From an uncultured bacterium (GTDB lineage: Bacteria; Oederibacteriota; PGYV01; Palsa-1178), in contig CALAOR010000057.1 in the NCBI GenBank assembly GCA_937889595.1, positions 7,500-71,499 on the forward strand: DNA of 64,000 nt, read 5' to 3'. Under the pieces are notes generated by a model. It did no database searches, was not told where the DNA came from, and saw only the letters and a program-made list of their open reading frames with translations. Of the stretch, positions 37,204-45,676 are shown in pieces. Made by a program: the position numbers and the translations under genes. Numbering within the stretch: the stretch's first letter is position 1; each line of letters begins with the position of its first letter.

Positions 37204-37369
37204 GATGCTGTCGAAAAACCCCTAAAAACCATCGTTGTGGGCCGAATAATCCTGTCAACACACTTTGTGTGTTGCCGGACTTCGTATTCGGCCCCTACAA
37301 ATATCTGCCTGCATTTGTAGGGGCAGCATATCATGCTGCCCGCCCCTTGCGGGCTTTTCCGACAGTATC
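37204..37369. mobile_element. Element with family A ends enclosing GTAG-REP hairpins
   Basis: GATGCTGTCGAAAAACCCCTAAAAACCAT...CTTTTCCGACAGTATC; interior GGGCCGAATA..TATTCGGCCCCTAC and GTAGGGGCAGCATATCATGCTGCCC. Confidence 0.75.
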
Positions 37370-37426
37370 ATGATATAACGCAAAATAAATAAAAATGTTG
37401 CGGTTATGGATATGTGACAGATTGTC

Positions 37427-39070
37427 CTAGACTTTATACTTGTAAAAAGTCTTTATCGCTTCATATAACGTCAGGTTTGCGTACGGTTCAAAAGGAGCCC
37501 GCAGGGCTTTCATCATGAGCGGGCTATGGAGTATGTATCGGTAATGGGCTGAAAACTTGGAGCCTGTGTGGCCATCGAGTTCATCAGTCGTATAAGGCAG
37601 GTTTAAAACCCAGACTGTGCTTCCTTTTATTTTGTAACCGGATATCAGCGAGTAGGCGTTATTGACAAGGGCTATCCTCTTGCCGTTCTGTATTTCCCTG
37701 CTTATGAATATGTTGTCGTCAAACATCTCTTCCGTTCCCCTGAACGCGATTGTCTCCACCTGCACGTGATCCTCTAATTCTTCAACTTCAAAATATTTTT
37801 TGAGGTTCTTCGCTGCTTCCACGGTTAAGACTATGTTTTTCCTGTTCTTGATCAGAAAAGCAAAAAGCGCCGGGAAGTCTTCCTTGCGGGCTGACTGGGC
37901 CGTGAGTATGACTATCTTTTCTTTTACGTTCCTCTTGTCGGTCATGTACGCCGGTATGCCCGCCATGAGGAAATACTGCGCGAGCAATTCATCGCCGTAA
38001 GTATTGGCTTCCCTTATAATAGGTATGGTGAATATTTTTCCGAAAGAGGACAAACGCCCCATCTTGTCGGTTTTCTCAATGAGCTCTTCCACAAGCGGCC
38101 TCATCAAAGGCTGCGGCATGATACCTGCACAGAATAAAATAATTTCCTGGGCTCCGCCCAGTACCGACTGGAAGGCCTGCTCCGTGTATATTTCCTTATT
38201 GCACTGGTATATGTCAAACCAGGCTTTCTTTACCTTTCCCGGGGCGATCTGTTTTATATACTTAAAGAACATGGACCCGTAAGCCGGCATGAAACGCGCC
38301 TGTTTAAAATCGCGCGTTTCCGTGCCGACTGCTATTTCGTCATATATGGGTATAAGTTTTGTAAGGTCATATCCGCGGTCGTAAAAACGCTCGTACCACT
38401 GCGGGAGCTTAAGTATAATATTTACATTCGGGTTTACTTTCTTGGCCGGTTCTATGATATACTTTTTTGACACGTCAAAGAGAAGCTTTGACCTGTACTC
38501 CTGCCATGTCTTTTTTCCTTTGGCGCGTTTACAGTCAGTACACTCGCAGGCCGTAAAAAACCAGTCGTCTATGATTATCTCGTCAAAGATGCCTGCTGTT
38601 ATTTCAAAAACTTTCTTCATTTTTTTGTTCGCTTCCTTATCGGTAAAGCATCCGGAAGCCGTGGGAAAACCGTTTTTTACCTTGTCGGAAAAGTGCGTGG
38701 TGGTTACAGCGCCTGAAACCTCATATCCCTCTTCTTTAAGCTCGTCCTTCATGGCTTTAATAACCGGGATATCGACGGTATAACCGTCCCGGTATGTTTC
38801 CAGATAAACCTTTTTTATGGACAAAGGCGCAAAGATTTTGATGAATTTCTTGATTATGGGGCCGTAATCGCGCACGTCAAAAGCCGTAAAAAACAGCGCG
38901 TAATAAAAGTTCCTGGGGGATATGGTTTTACCTTTAAAAGGCGTAAAATCGGTTATAAGTGGGTCTTTTGGAACTGATATGGGCCACTTAGCCAGCGGCC
39001 TTAAGTTCTTAGCGGGATAATTCAAGCTTTCAACGAACTCAATCTGTTTTTGCTTGGTCATTTCGGTCAT
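37427..39070 (-). CDS. Uncharacterised protein, possible glycoside-hydrolase-like TIM barrel
   Basis: 547-aa ORF with SD; FDEIIIDDWFF, CxCxxC (ACECTDC) and GTETRD motifs; family not recognised with certainty. Confidence 0.6.
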   Translation of the reverse strand: MTEMTKQKQIEFVESLNYPAKNLRPLAKWPISVPKDPLITDFTPFKGKTISPRNFYYALFFTAFDVRDYGPIIKKFIKIFAPLSIKKVYLETYRDGYTVDIPVIKAMKDELKEEGYEVSGAVTTTHFSDKVKNGFPTASGCFTDKEANKKMKKVFEITAGIFDEIIIDDWFFTACECTDCKRAKGKKTWQEYRSKLLFDVSKKYIIEPAKKVNPNVNIILKLPQWYERFYDRGYDLTKLIPIYDEIAVGTETRDFKQARFMPAYGSMFFKYIKQIAPGKVKKAWFDIYQCNKEIYTEQAFQSVLGGAQEIILFCAGIMPQPLMRPLVEELIEKTDKMGRLSSFGKIFTIPIIREANTYGDELLAQYFLMAGIPAYMTDKRNVKEKIVILTAQSARKEDFPALFAFLIKNRKNIVLTVEAAKNLKKYFEVEELEDHVQVETIAFRGTEEMFDDNIFISREIQNGKRIALVNNAYSLISGYKIKGSTVWVLNLPYTTDELDGHTGSKFSAHYRYILHSPLMMKALRAPFEPYANLTLYEAIKTFYKYKV

Positions 39071-39217
39071 TTAAAACTCCCTTTGCAACAAAACACATTA
39101 TACTACTAATAAATTCATATTACAAGGATAATAAAAACAGCGCAAAAACAGGATATAAAATATGGTTTTTCATGGGCGATATCTCCTAAATTATAACCGG
39201 AAAGTAATAGGCATTAT

Positions 39218-39374
39218 GATACTGTAGGAAAACCCTATAAAACCATGAAATTCTTTATCGTGTCCGGTACGGATGAAATTTTTCTATGGCCTGTGCGCCA
39301 CTAAAACCCTTATAATATAAGCGCACAATCCATAGAAAAATTTCATCCGTGCCGGACACGACCTATCATTAAGG
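39218..39374. mobile_element. MITE-like family A copy lacking the right TIR
   Basis: Near-identical to 6323-6480, including both internal inverted arms. Confidence 0.85.
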
Positions 39375-39389
39375 CCATATACACTGTCT

Positions 39390-40346
39390 TTATTCTTCGG
39401 GCGTTGCCTTTTCCTGTGTGTCTGCAGACTCTCCGGGTTTCCTTTTCTTAAGGTATTGTTTCAGCCTGGACGTCCTCTGCTGTTTTTTATCTATTGCCTG
39501 CTGTTGTGCTTCCAGGTACGGTTCCTGCTTCATTATCTCGTTCACAAGCGCCTTTTGACCTTCGGGCAGGTTGTTAAACCTTTCCGGGTCCGACTTCATC
39601 ATGGTCCTTAGATTTTCAATCCTTTTTAGCCTTCTTTCCACCTTGAATTTTTGTGCCTTGCCGGAGCGCCTAAGTTCCCTCATGTATTCAATTTTTCCCC
39701 TTAAATCGGATATTTCCTTATAACGTTTTATGAAATTTTTGCCGAGCCTTCTGGCTTTTTCCGGATTTCTTAATACTTTTGTGACTACAGTTTCCTCGTT
39801 CCTGTTCAGCACGATTTTATGAAGCACGTTTCCGCTCATGTCAAGGCCCGATACTTCCACGGCCCCGTCGTATACCCCGACTGTATCTTCGCCCGTCGTA
39901 TCAACAATAAATTCGGTGCCCTTTACCGCTGCCATAGCCATCTTTGTTTTGACCGTGAATCCCTCTTTTTCAAAAAGTTTCTTTACTATCGCGATGACCT
40001 TGCCCTTAAAAAGTTCCACGATTGTCTCGTTTTTACCGCGTCTGTCCAGGCTTTTGATGTTAAGTTTGCTGTTTGGGTCGAGTTTTAGGATGGTTGAATC
40101 GTCAAAAACGACTTCAATCCTGCTGTCGGTTTCTGTCGATACCGTATCCCCTTCATATAAAGGTATATACAGGTCCTGTATTGCTTCGCCTATGTCCGTG
40201 CCGTTTCGCCTGACTTCGCACTCGCCCTCAAAATCATTCACATAAGCTATGGAATAATCTGTGTTGGACTTTGATTTAACGCCGGCATTTGAAGCCGGTA
40301 TTACAATCAGCATGAGAAGACAGGCAAACCAAAATTTTTTAATCAT
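39390..40346 (-). CDS. Exported FecR-domain protein
   Basis: Start MIKKFW behind GGAGG; LYEGDTVST..F.D.T..L..NS..AAVKGTEF.V..V.DG.V. Confidence 0.85.
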   Translation of the reverse strand: MIKKFWFACLLMLIVIPASNAGVKSKSNTDYSIAYVNDFEGECEVRRNGTDIGEAIQDLYIPLYEGDTVSTETDSRIEVVFDDSTILKLDPNSKLNIKSLDRRGKNETIVELFKGKVIAIVKKLFEKEGFTVKTKMAMAAVKGTEFIVDTTGEDTVGVYDGAVEVSGLDMSGNVLHKIVLNRNEETVVTKVLRNPEKARRLGKNFIKRYKEISDLRGKIEYMRELRRSGKAQKFKVERRLKRIENLRTMMKSDPERFNNLPEGQKALVNEIMKQEPYLEAQQQAIDKKQQRTSRLKQYLKKRKPGESADTQEKATPEE

Positions 40347-40419
40347 ATTTACCTCCGGTTTTATATTTATTGTTAAACGCGTGCACAGGCTGTTAAGTTT
40401 CAATTTTCAGCTGCTTTTA

Positions 40420-41811
40420 TCACACATTTATCAGTGTGATACGTCCTTCTATATTCCTGCCTGAATGATAATCCACATAAACAAGGTTCTTTAAATTTTT
40501 GAATTTCTTCTTAAGGTATATCCCCGCCTTTCCCGCGTCAGGATCGTCGATTAATACCGGATATATACCGTGGTAAATTGCCATCTGATAATATAAGTCC
40601 CTGTTCCCGGTGACGGCTATAACCGGCCTGTCGGTTCTGTATTCGGATATGTAGGTTATATCATGAAGTTCCGTTGTTTTTACCGCGATCTCGCAGTTTT
40701 TCAGCGCTGACGGCACGGATGCCGCCGCGAACGACAACGCGTTTGCGCCATTGTTCCCGGATTTTATCGCGCTAAAAACCGCCTTGCCGTTCTTTATCAT
40801 GTCTGTTTCGGCTTTTTTTATTATTTCACCCATTGTCCTGACGGTTTTCACGGGATATTTTCCCACTGCTGTCTCTCCTGAGAGCATGAGCGTATCAGCA
40901 CTGTCTAAGACAGCGTTATATACATCAGTCACTTCCGCCCTCTCGGGATAGGGATTATTTGTCATGGACTCCAGCATCTGGGTTGCCACTATGACGAGCT
41001 TGCCCATATCATTGGCTTTTTTTATCATTCTTTTCTGCATTTCAGGGACGTTCATGTATCCCGCTTCCACGGAGAGATCGCCGCGCGCCACCATGATGCC
41101 ATCCGAGGCCCTTAGGATGGAATCTATATTTTTAACAGCCTCGGGTTTTTCTATTTTTGCTATTATAAGCGGCGCGCACAGTTTTTGTTTTGATATAATT
41201 TTTTTAAGGGCTGTTATGTCGTCCGCCGAGCGGACAAAGGACAGACACACTATATCAATCCTGTTTTTCAGTCCGTACTTAAGGTTTTCAATATCATGCT
41301 TTGTAAGCGGGCCAAACGGCAATTTTGCGCCGGGAAGGTTCACGCCTTTTCTTCCGGCTATGTCGCCGCCGTTTGTCACCGAACATAATATCTCAGTTCC
41401 TTTTATTTCCCTTACCTTGAGTTCCACAAGCCCGTCATTGATCATTATTTTTTGCCCGGCTTTTATGTATTTATAAAGATTTTTTATGTCTATTGATATT
41501 GCCTTATTGTTTTCATCAGCCACTCCGGCTTTGCTGCGGATAGTGATGGTCTCACCTCTTTTAACAGTCACCGGCTTTTCCATACTAACAGTCCTTATTT
41601 TTGGCCCCTGAAGGTCCTGAAGAATGGCTACAGCCTCGCCGCATCTGTCCCTGGCTTTTTTCACATTTTTCAGCAGGGTGTCAAAGAAGATCCTTTCACC
41701 GTGCGAGAAATTGAGGCGGAAAACGTTTACACCCGCCTTTATAAGGGCTGTTATTTCCGGATAACCCGATGTCGCCGGCCCGAGTGTGGCTATGATCTTT
41801 GTTTTTTTCAT
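40420..41811 (-). CDS. pyk: Pyruvate kinase
   Basis: TKIIATLGPA, RLNFSHG, DLQGPKIR, AKIEK, MVARGDL, ATQMLESM, MLSGETA. Confidence 0.97.
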   Translation of the reverse strand: MKKTKIIATLGPATSGYPEITALIKAGVNVFRLNFSHGERIFFDTLLKNVKKARDRCGEAVAILQDLQGPKIRTVSMEKPVTVKRGETITIRSKAGVADENNKAISIDIKNLYKYIKAGQKIMINDGLVELKVREIKGTEILCSVTNGGDIAGRKGVNLPGAKLPFGPLTKHDIENLKYGLKNRIDIVCLSFVRSADDITALKKIISKQKLCAPLIIAKIEKPEAVKNIDSILRASDGIMVARGDLSVEAGYMNVPEMQKRMIKKANDMGKLVIVATQMLESMTNNPYPERAEVTDVYNAVLDSADTLMLSGETAVGKYPVKTVRTMGEIIKKAETDMIKNGKAVFSAIKSGNNGANALSFAAASVPSALKNCEIAVKTTELHDITYISEYRTDRPVIAVTGNRDLYYQMAIYHGIYPVLIDDPDAGKAGIYLKKKFKNLKNLVYVDYHSGRNIEGRITLINV

Positions 41812-41832
41812 TTAGAAAACTCCCATATCCGT

Positions 41833-42153
41833 CTATCTTTTGGTTTCTTTTTCTATCCATTCCAGGTAGGCATCATTGCCTTCATTTATTTCAACAGAAA
41901 TAATTTCCGGGACTTCGTAAGGATGTATTTTTTTAACTTCCGCTATGATTCTCTTTACAAGGGATTTTTTTGTTTTGACTAAGAGCAGAATTTCGCGTGA
42001 TTTTTCAATCCTGCCTTTCCACCAATATTGGGAATTAACCTCCGGGATTTCATTAACGCAGGCGGCAAGCCTTTTACCCAAAAGCGACTTTATGACCGCC
42101 AGGGATGTTTTTTTTGACCCAACTGTAATAAATACAATGACTTTTCCAGTCAT
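41833..42153 (-). CDS. cutA: Divalent-cation tolerance protein CutA
   Basis: LAACVN, YWWKG, HPYEVPEII, YLEWI. Confidence 0.95.
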   Translation of the reverse strand: MTGKVIVFITVGSKKTSLAVIKSLLGKRLAACVNEIPEVNSQYWWKGRIEKSREILLLVKTKKSLVKRIIAEVKKIHPYEVPEIISVEINEGNDAYLEWIEKETKR

Positions 42154-42217
42154 ATTTTCTCCTGAAAGTTTATATGGTAATTATATCACAAAACCGGTCA
42201 AAGGTCTTGTTTTGAGC

Positions 42218-42278
42218 AAAAAAAAACAGGCACACCCTGCGCTATGGCCCGTAAAGCTACGGCCCGGTGTGCCTGTTT
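42218..42278 (-). terminator. Terminator after small A/K/T-rich gene 1
   Basis: AAACAGGCACACC..GGTGTGCCTGTTT stem plus a U-tract on the minus strand. Confidence 0.75.
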
Positions 42279-42296
42279 GGAATATCTTAAATTATA

Positions 42297-42551
42297 TTAC
42301 TTTTTTTCTGTTGTTAATGCTGTTGCTACTGCTGTTACTGATGTTGCTTCTGCCGACACTGCTGTTGCTACAGCTTTTGCTTTTTTTGCTTTTCTTGCTT
42401 TTTTTGCCTTAATTGCCTTTGCTGTCGTCGTTGTTTCCTCCGGTGCCGCTGTTACTGTCGATGCCTCGGGTGCCGCTGCTTTTTCATTTGCTGCGAATAA
42501 CATTGTTGAAGCCAGTGCCAGTGCCATTACGATTGCTACGAACTTTTTCAT
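42297..42551 (-). CDS. Small exported Ala/Lys/Thr-rich protein (Asr-like composition)
   Basis: Signal peptide MKKFVAIVMALALASTMLFA, AGGAGG SD, KAKKARKAKKAK tract. Confidence 0.85.
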   Translation of the reverse strand: MKKFVAIVMALALASTMLFAANEKAAAPEASTVTAAPEETTTTAKAIKAKKARKAKKAKAVATAVSAEATSVTAVATALTTEKK

Positions 42552-42679
42552 TTTGTTGCCTCCTGAGTTTTTTTGTATTTCTATTGCGCAGTTTCCGGTT
42601 TTCTTTTACTTCGCTTTTAAGCATCCGGCGTTTTTTACAGCCTGAACTTTCAGCCGGCTGACTTATGATTGCATGTATA

Positions 42680-42760
42680 TTTTTTTAACCAACTGTAAAA
42701 ATAAAATGACTGTTCCACTCGTATTTTCTTTTGATTATTTGATCGGTAATTATACCATAA
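42680..42760 (-). pseudogene. Degenerate duplicate of the cutA 5' end and upstream region
   Basis: AACCAACTGTAAAAATAAAATGACTGTTCCACTCGTATTTTCT matches GACCCAACTGTAATAAATACAATGACTTTTCCAGTCATATTTTCT (42116-42160); ATG mutated to ACG. Confidence 0.7.
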
Positions 42761-42789
42761 AAAAATAATTTGAAAACATATTTTTTAAG

Positions 42790-42848
42790 AAAAAAGCAGG
42801 CACACCCTGCGCTATGGCCCGTATTGCTACGGCCCGGTGTGCCTGCTT
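42790..42848 (-). terminator. Terminator after small A/K/T-rich gene 2 (duplicate)
   Basis: AAGCAGGCACACC..GGTGTGCCTGCTT, with a compensatory A-T to G-C change relative to copy 1. Confidence 0.75.
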
Positions 42849-42867
42849 AGGATATCTTAAAGTTTAA

Positions 42868-43080
42868 TTACTTTGCTACTGCTGTTGCTTCTACTACTGC
42901 TGTTGCTACCGCTGCTGCCGCTGCTTTTACTTTTTTTGCTTTTTTTACTTTTTTTGCCTTGATTACTTTTGCTGTTGTCGTTGTTGCCTCTGGTGCCGCT
43001 GATGCTGTTGTTGCTTCTACTGCGAATAACATTGTTGAAGCCAGTGCCAGTGCCATTACGATTGCTACGAACTTTTTCAT
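42868..43080 (-). CDS. Small exported Ala/Lys/Thr-rich protein, paralog 2
   Basis: First 21 aa and SD region identical to 42297-42551. Confidence 0.85.
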   Translation of the reverse strand: MKKFVAIVMALALASTMLFAVEATTASAAPEATTTTAKVIKAKKVKKAKKVKAAAAAVATAVVEATAVAK

Positions 43081-43135
43081 TTTGTTGCCTCCTGAGTTTT
43101 TTGTATTTCTATTGCGCAGTTTTTTTTAATTGCTT

Positions 43136-43348
43136 TTACTTTGTTGCCGACGGCGTTTTTACCGCTACTGCCTTCTTTTTTGCTTTTTTCACTTTCTTGG
43201 ACTTTACAATCTTTGCTTTTGAAACGGCCGGAGCTGATGCGGTTGTCGTGGTTGTTCCTACGGCTTTTACCGCTGGTTTGGTCTGAGCGGCAAGGAGCAT
43301 AGTGGAAGCTAAAACAAGTGCCAGTACTGTTGCGATTAATTTTTTCAT
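43136..43348 (-). CDS. Small exported Ala/Lys/Thr-rich protein, paralog 3
   Basis: MKKLIATVLALVLASTMLLA, GGAGG SD, KKVKKAKKKA tract. Confidence 0.82.
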   Translation of the reverse strand: MKKLIATVLALVLASTMLLAAQTKPAVKAVGTTTTTASAPAVSKAKIVKSKKVKKAKKKAVAVKTPSATK

Positions 43349-43442
43349 GGTATAACCTCCGTTAGTTTTTTAATTTCAGGCATTAAATATGCCTATAATT
43401 AGACTTAGTTAGGGGAAAATAGGGATATAAAACAGAGGTTGT

Positions 43443-43814
43443 TTATTTACGCGTTTTGAGGGTGGTAAGGTTTGCCTTAACTTTATAAACATCTACATTA
43501 TTATTGCCAAGCCTGAAATACTCTGATCCGGATTCCGCAATAAAAATTGAGCCGTGAATTAATGGACAATTCACAAGTTCATCCTTATTTTCCTCTTCTG
43601 CGGCGAAAGAAGACAGAATTTTTGACTTTGCGTTGTTTTTATGGCTGTGTTTTTTGTGTATTATCTGTTTGTGCCCGGTAATCACGATATTATCGGTGGA
43701 TATTCCGGTAAAACTTACGGTTTTACCAAGATCAAAAATCGATTCAGGCTGTATTTGCGCGTAGACAGCTGTGATCATTGCAAGTAACGCGGCTATGATT
43801 ATCAGCTTTTTCAC
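43443..43814 (-). CDS. Hypothetical exported protein
   Basis: GTG start behind AGGAGG; signal peptide ending AVYA. Confidence 0.7.
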   Translation of the reverse strand: MKKLIIIAALLAMITAVYAQIQPESIFDLGKTVSFTGISTDNIVITGHKQIIHKKHSHKNNAKSKILSSFAAEEENKDELVNCPLIHGSIFIAESGSEYFRLGNNNVDVYKVKANLTTLKTRK

Positions 43815-43855
43815 AATACGCCTCCTGAAGTTTTATTTTTTTTAATTGCTGTTAA

Positions 43856-43884
43856 TTAGACGTCCTACAACGCCTAAAAGTTCC
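43856..43884 (-). promoter_or_regulatory. ECF/sigmaE-type promoter
   Basis: GGAACTT-N16-GTCTAA on the minus strand, 42 bp upstream of the GTG. Confidence 0.6.
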
Positions 43885-43948
43885 AACACCAAATTTAATT
43901 ATAAATTTATACCATAAAACCCAACTTCATGCAATATTAATCTTTTCT

Positions 43949-44231
43949 CCCGAAAAACGCTTAGACCTGATGCAAAACCACTACAATCCCACGAAATACC
44001 CTGTTTATACTTCTCCACGTAACGCCAAACGGGTGAGTCCTGCAAAACCTTGTGATGCACGAATAAAGTAATGTATTTTATCCGGAAATCCTCTGCTGCC
44101 ACATCATATAAACCTATCATATGCAGCGTCCATCAAAGCTTAAGTTTGCGAAGATGGATAATGCACGCATAAGTTACACGCCTTTGTTATTAGTGTAACT
44201 TATGCATACCATACTCCAATGCGATTTCCAG
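43949..44231. repeat. Dispersed structured repeat family B, copy 2 (with 66-bp insertion)
   Basis: Aligns to 28892-29109, with an extra segment at 44092-44157. Confidence 0.85.
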
Positions 44232-44243
44232 GGTTTCTTAGAA

Positions 44244-45572
44244 CTATCCGGCAACCACCCTGTCCCTGCCCCTTTTTTTGGCCTTATATACGTTGTCATC
44301 CGCGGTCTTTATCATTTTTTTAAAGCTTTCCAGCCCCTTCTTCGTGGATGCCAGGCCTATAGACATGGTGACTTTTATGGTTTTGTTCTTATAGCGGACG
44401 GATTCCTTTTTGACCGCTTTTCTGATCTTCTCGGCTTTAGACAGGGCCTCATCATCTGTTTTGTCGCGCAGGAACACTATTATTTCCTCGCCTCCGTACC
44501 TGCACACCACCCCCTCGGGCAGTGATGTGTCGCGTATGATCTGCGCGATGCGGAATAAAACCTCGTCTCCAGCAGCGTGCCCGTATGTGTCATTGACATC
44601 CTTGAAGTGGTCTATATCGCACATGAGTACCGAAAAATTACTGCCTAATCTCACGTCTTCCTCGCCTGAAATAATCGAATCCATATGCTGGCGGTTGTAA
44701 ATTTTTAAAAGGGGGTCATAGTGGGCCTTGTGGTGCAGGCAGCTCATCCAGTGCACAAATATCCCTATTATAATGATTATTGCCATGACAGGCAGCATGA
44801 GCTTGAATTTATAATACCCGACGCCGTTGGGGTTTAAAATAAGCGGTATAAGCAGATAAAAGTTCAGCGAAGCCAGCGCCATGATTATGGAGCCGTAATT
44901 GTGTTCCTCTTCTATGTTAAAAACCGACAGTACGGCCATTGCGATAAACATGATGAAATTAACAGGCAAGGCGTAATGGTTGAACATATCCACAAAATCG
45001 CCAGCGAATTTTATAAAACCGGTTTTTGTTGTCCTGTCCAGAAAATAATTCCCTTCTATAAGAACGAACACAAAAAAACAAACCGCCATATTTATGAAAA
45101 AAACCGTCAGGGCTATGTTCTTGCCTTTATTATAGTTCATGGTTGACTGGACCAGCACCGTGGCGAGAAAATTCAGGCTTAAAACGCTTATAAGGAATTT
45201 CAGCGTAAAACGCGAAGCATCCCGCCAGAAATCCACCTTAAAATCCCCGATACCTATGCTGCTGCCTGTTGTGTTTGAAACTATAAGATAGCATATAAAA
45301 AACGCGAGCAGGGCGTAGGCGGACAGCAGTATTTTGAACTTGTATATCTTGGGATATGATATGATGGCGATTAAAAACATGAACGCGGACAAAAAAATGA
45401 GTACTATATTATAAGCTGGCCTTACTATGTCGTTTTTCATAAAGTCCACAATACTGCCTGAAGCCATGCCAAATGAAAGTTCAAACAGCGCTATGATGAT
45501 TATAGCGGCCGCTACAAACCCGATCCTGTACCTTTTCATAAAAAGCGTAAACCCAGGGCTTAAAACCTTCAT
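44244..45572 (-). CDS. Multi-TM diguanylate cyclase (GGDEF)
   Basis: DIDHFKDVNDTYGHAAGD, RYGGEEI, no RxxD I-site; start at ATG 45572 behind GAGGTG. Confidence 0.9.
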   Translation of the reverse strand: MKVLSPGFTLFMKRYRIGFVAAAIIIIALFELSFGMASGSIVDFMKNDIVRPAYNIVLIFLSAFMFLIAIISYPKIYKFKILLSAYALLAFFICYLIVSNTTGSSIGIGDFKVDFWRDASRFTLKFLISVLSLNFLATVLVQSTMNYNKGKNIALTVFFINMAVCFFVFVLIEGNYFLDRTTKTGFIKFAGDFVDMFNHYALPVNFIMFIAMAVLSVFNIEEEHNYGSIIMALASLNFYLLIPLILNPNGVGYYKFKLMLPVMAIIIIIGIFVHWMSCLHHKAHYDPLLKIYNRQHMDSIISGEEDVRLGSNFSVLMCDIDHFKDVNDTYGHAAGDEVLFRIAQIIRDTSLPEGVVCRYGGEEIIVFLRDKTDDEALSKAEKIRKAVKKESVRYKNKTIKVTMSIGLASTKKGLESFKKMIKTADDNVYKAKKRGRDRVVAG

Positions 45573-45676
45573 ATGTGAAATCACCTCGATTTTGTTGATT
45601 ACATATATTATCAGAAGTGAAAGATGTTGTAAAGACCGGAAAATCATCCATCAGACGGCTTGTTTACACACCTCTT

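Noticed and set aside
35417-39070. Genomic island integrated at the tRNA
   Set aside because: No duplicated tRNA 3' end and no adjacent integrase found by eye.
43899-44120. 73-aa ORF (and a ~33-aa plus-strand ORF) within repeat family B
   Set aside because: The homologous minus frame in copy 1 has an internal stop, and differences in the plus frame are mostly non-synonymous, so there is no coding signal.
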